Shown here: positions 59,969-64,000 of the stretch, piece by piece
How positions within the stretch are numbered: position 1 is the stretch's first letter
Layout of the letters: each line of letters begins with the position of its first letter
NCBI RefSeq assembly: GCF_009914755.1
Contig: NC_060925.1
Origin: the human T2T-CHM13v2.0 reference genome, Homo sapiens
Strand: one strand, 5' to 3'
DNA length: 64,000 nt
Position numbers and translations under genes: made by a program
Notes under the pieces: model-generated
Told to the model about the DNA's origin: nothing
Seen by the model: only the letters and a program-made list of their open reading frames with translations
Database searches by the model: none

Positions 59969-60225
59969 TCTTCTTTTTCTGCAGGATCAGTCCATCACCA
60001 CACACACAGGCTGTGTTTTATGTTGTTCCCCAGCTTAAGAGATCGTTCTCCAGATCCCACTGCTCCTTCCAGTTGTCACCTCAGTTCTCTACTTCTTTTT
60101 GCTGATAAACTACTCTAACTAGTTACATATGATTTCTGTCCCCAGGTCCCCTCCCTCAGTTGTTTTGAACATAATCATTTATATCATTTATCATTTTCAC
60201 TCTAATTGCACAACCAAAAACTCCC

Positions 60226-60846
<621 letters not shown>

Positions 60847-62324
60847 ATAAAACTGCCCTTTGTTAATATGACTGTTGGCCTGCACATTGTCAAATCCAGT
60901 GGCATTCATCTTACTCGGCCAACCTACGGCATTTGACACTGTCTGTCTTTCCTTCTGTTCCTCTATCTGTTTCCAGTACACTGGCCTGGCTTTCTTTTTA
61001 CCTCTTTTATATGCTCTTCCAGTCTCAGGCTCCTTTGGGGATTTGAAGGTATGTTGCATTTTGCTATTCAATGAATAATGACAAGTAATGATCACTTAAG
61101 ACATTAAGTGGTCAGTTCCTTTACTAGGATAAAAATAATTTTCTTCCCAACATGGGGCATATTCCATTTCCAGTCTGACTGTTCTGTGTAATCTTTGTAT
61201 TCCTTGGCAGCCCCTTTTATATCAGTTCATCTACTGTGCAGGAAATTGGACAAACATTTGCACTGGTATAACCAAATACAGTTGAACTTTTGGCTTGACT
61301 CTTAGCTGAACTCACCAAAAATAATTTCTGTAAGAGACTGAGACGTCTACGAGTAGGTTTTTCAGAATTAGTAAACATAAATCAAGGATACACAGGTAGA
61401 TTTGAATTTCAGATAAACAACAAATACTTTTTTAGTATGTCTACTGAAATATTTGTATCTTATCTGGCAATTCTACCTGGTACAGAACTAATCCATTCTC
61501 TTGAAAGATCTTGACTCTGTAATAAGTTCTTTGGTGATGGAAGGGAGGTATTTCTGTAATTAGAGTCACTGTCTTCCTCCCAGTTTTTTATCCTGGCCCA
61601 GATCTGCAATGAACACACGACAGAATCCAGGGGGGATGAAGATGGGTGCTTTGCAGGAAAAAAAAATTAAAAACATCTGAAAAAGCTTTTGTACTAAAAG
61701 AATGTGATCTAAAAAAGAAAGCAGGAGAACTTTCTGTCTGCACTTTACATCAGAACAACCTTGGCGTCTAGAAGCTGTGCCCTGTGGGAAATGGTGGTGC
61801 TTGGTAAGAGATGCCAGGACCAGTGGTACCCACTGGGAGCACTGCCAATACCCAGCAAGGAGCATGGGTGCACAGTAAGGCATTGCACTGTGATTCAGCA
61901 TAAAATAACAATAAGGGAACGTCACGGAGAAAAGGCCAGACTTCCTTTGTTTAGAATGTGGGAAATGTCTTCTGAAAAATGGTAGTAAAAAAGCATGCTT
62001 GGATGGTCCACTGCAGGCAAAACTGACTAATCGGGGGTCAGGGATACAACCCCTGCATCATATGTTTGTTTCTGTTGGGCTGACATGAGGTTCACTGTGA
62101 CCACTGTGGTTTAACCCCATAGTCTCCTGGAAATACAGCCAGGTCAAGAGAGCTCCACATAAAACATAATCAAAAAAATAAACTCAAGTTTCCACTGATC
62201 AGCTTTTCACAACTCTTATCCTTTCACTAACTTTGGAGCAAGATTTGAGAATTGGATGGCTATTTGAGGGCTATTTCTGCGCTTTAGTTCAATGTTTTGT
62301 TCTTTCTTTATTAGAGAACTATGG

Positions 62325-62589
62325 TTTTTTATTATATTTACACTTTAAGTTCTAGGGTACATGTGCACAACGTGCAGATTTGTTACACAGGTATAAATGT
62401 GCCATGTTGGTTTGCTGCACCCATCAACTCGTCATTTACATTAGGTATTTCTCCTAATGCTATCCCTCCCCCAGTCCCCCACCCCCCGACAGGCCCTGGT
62501 GTGTGATGTTCCCCTTCCTGTGTCCAAGTGTTCTGTTTATGTGATAGATTACGTTTATTGATTTGTGTATGTTGAACCAGCCTTGCATC
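62325..62589 (-). mobile_element. L1PA remnant: 3'UTR end fused to a short ORF2 RT-region segment
   Basis: TTTAAGTTCTAGGGTACATGTGCACAACGTGCAG (3' end) joined to ATTACGTTTATTGATTTG..GTTGAACCAGCCTTGCATC. Confidence 0.85.
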
Positions 62590-62690
62590 ACAGTCACTTG
62601 CTTACAAGAAACAAACACTTCACAGATGGATCATTATGTGTGATAAGTGAAATCCAAGGATTTATGCTCAGAGGTGGGCTTAACAGGTAG

Positions 62691-63026
<336 letters not shown>

Positions 63027-63211
63027 CACAGGTTTTTCAAAGACTAAACTTAAAAAAAAAAAAAAAATTTCCCAATGAAATATAAAACTAAAGTGCTAAA
63101 CTGTGATAGACTGTTTTACAAGAATGCCAGTTTTTACAAGTGTCTATAGAACATGTAATTTAGATTGGTAAGATGAAATTTTGATAATATTTGATGGCAA
63201 ATTTAAACAGG

Positions 63212-64000
<789 letters not shown>

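Overview
This is human (or at least hominoid) genomic DNA containing the complete E-selectin gene, SELE (chr1q24 selectin cluster, from prior knowledge), on the minus strand at about 4428-15853. All 14 exons can be placed at canonical AG/GT boundaries. The 12 coding exons sum to 1833 nt, giving 610 aa plus stop: signal peptide, C-type lectin, EGF, six CCP/sushi repeats, transmembrane segment and cytoplasmic tail. The proximal promoter has a TATA box, three NF-kB sites, an overlapping STAT6-type palindrome and an ATF/CRE site. The 3'UTR has 3 AATAAA signals and 8 AUUUA motifs. The remaining ~48 kb upstream shows no other host protein-coding gene that I can support. It is mostly Alu, MIR, L2, L1, MaLR/ERV LTRs, a two-LTR THE1 element and a near full-length Tigger1, with a few unique islands carrying NF-kB/AP-1/STAT/ETS motif clusters. 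I found no new gene system. The most unusual observations are: (i) one Tigger1 copy with three locally templated insertions, one of which predates an AluY; (ii) THE1 LTRs oriented sense to SELE with intact splice donors that could act as alternative first exons; (iii) candidate distal NF-kB enhancers; (iv) an internally deleted L1 joined at a 5-bp microhomology. Repeat subfamily names come from remembered consensus sequences and need RepeatMasker/Dfam confirmation.
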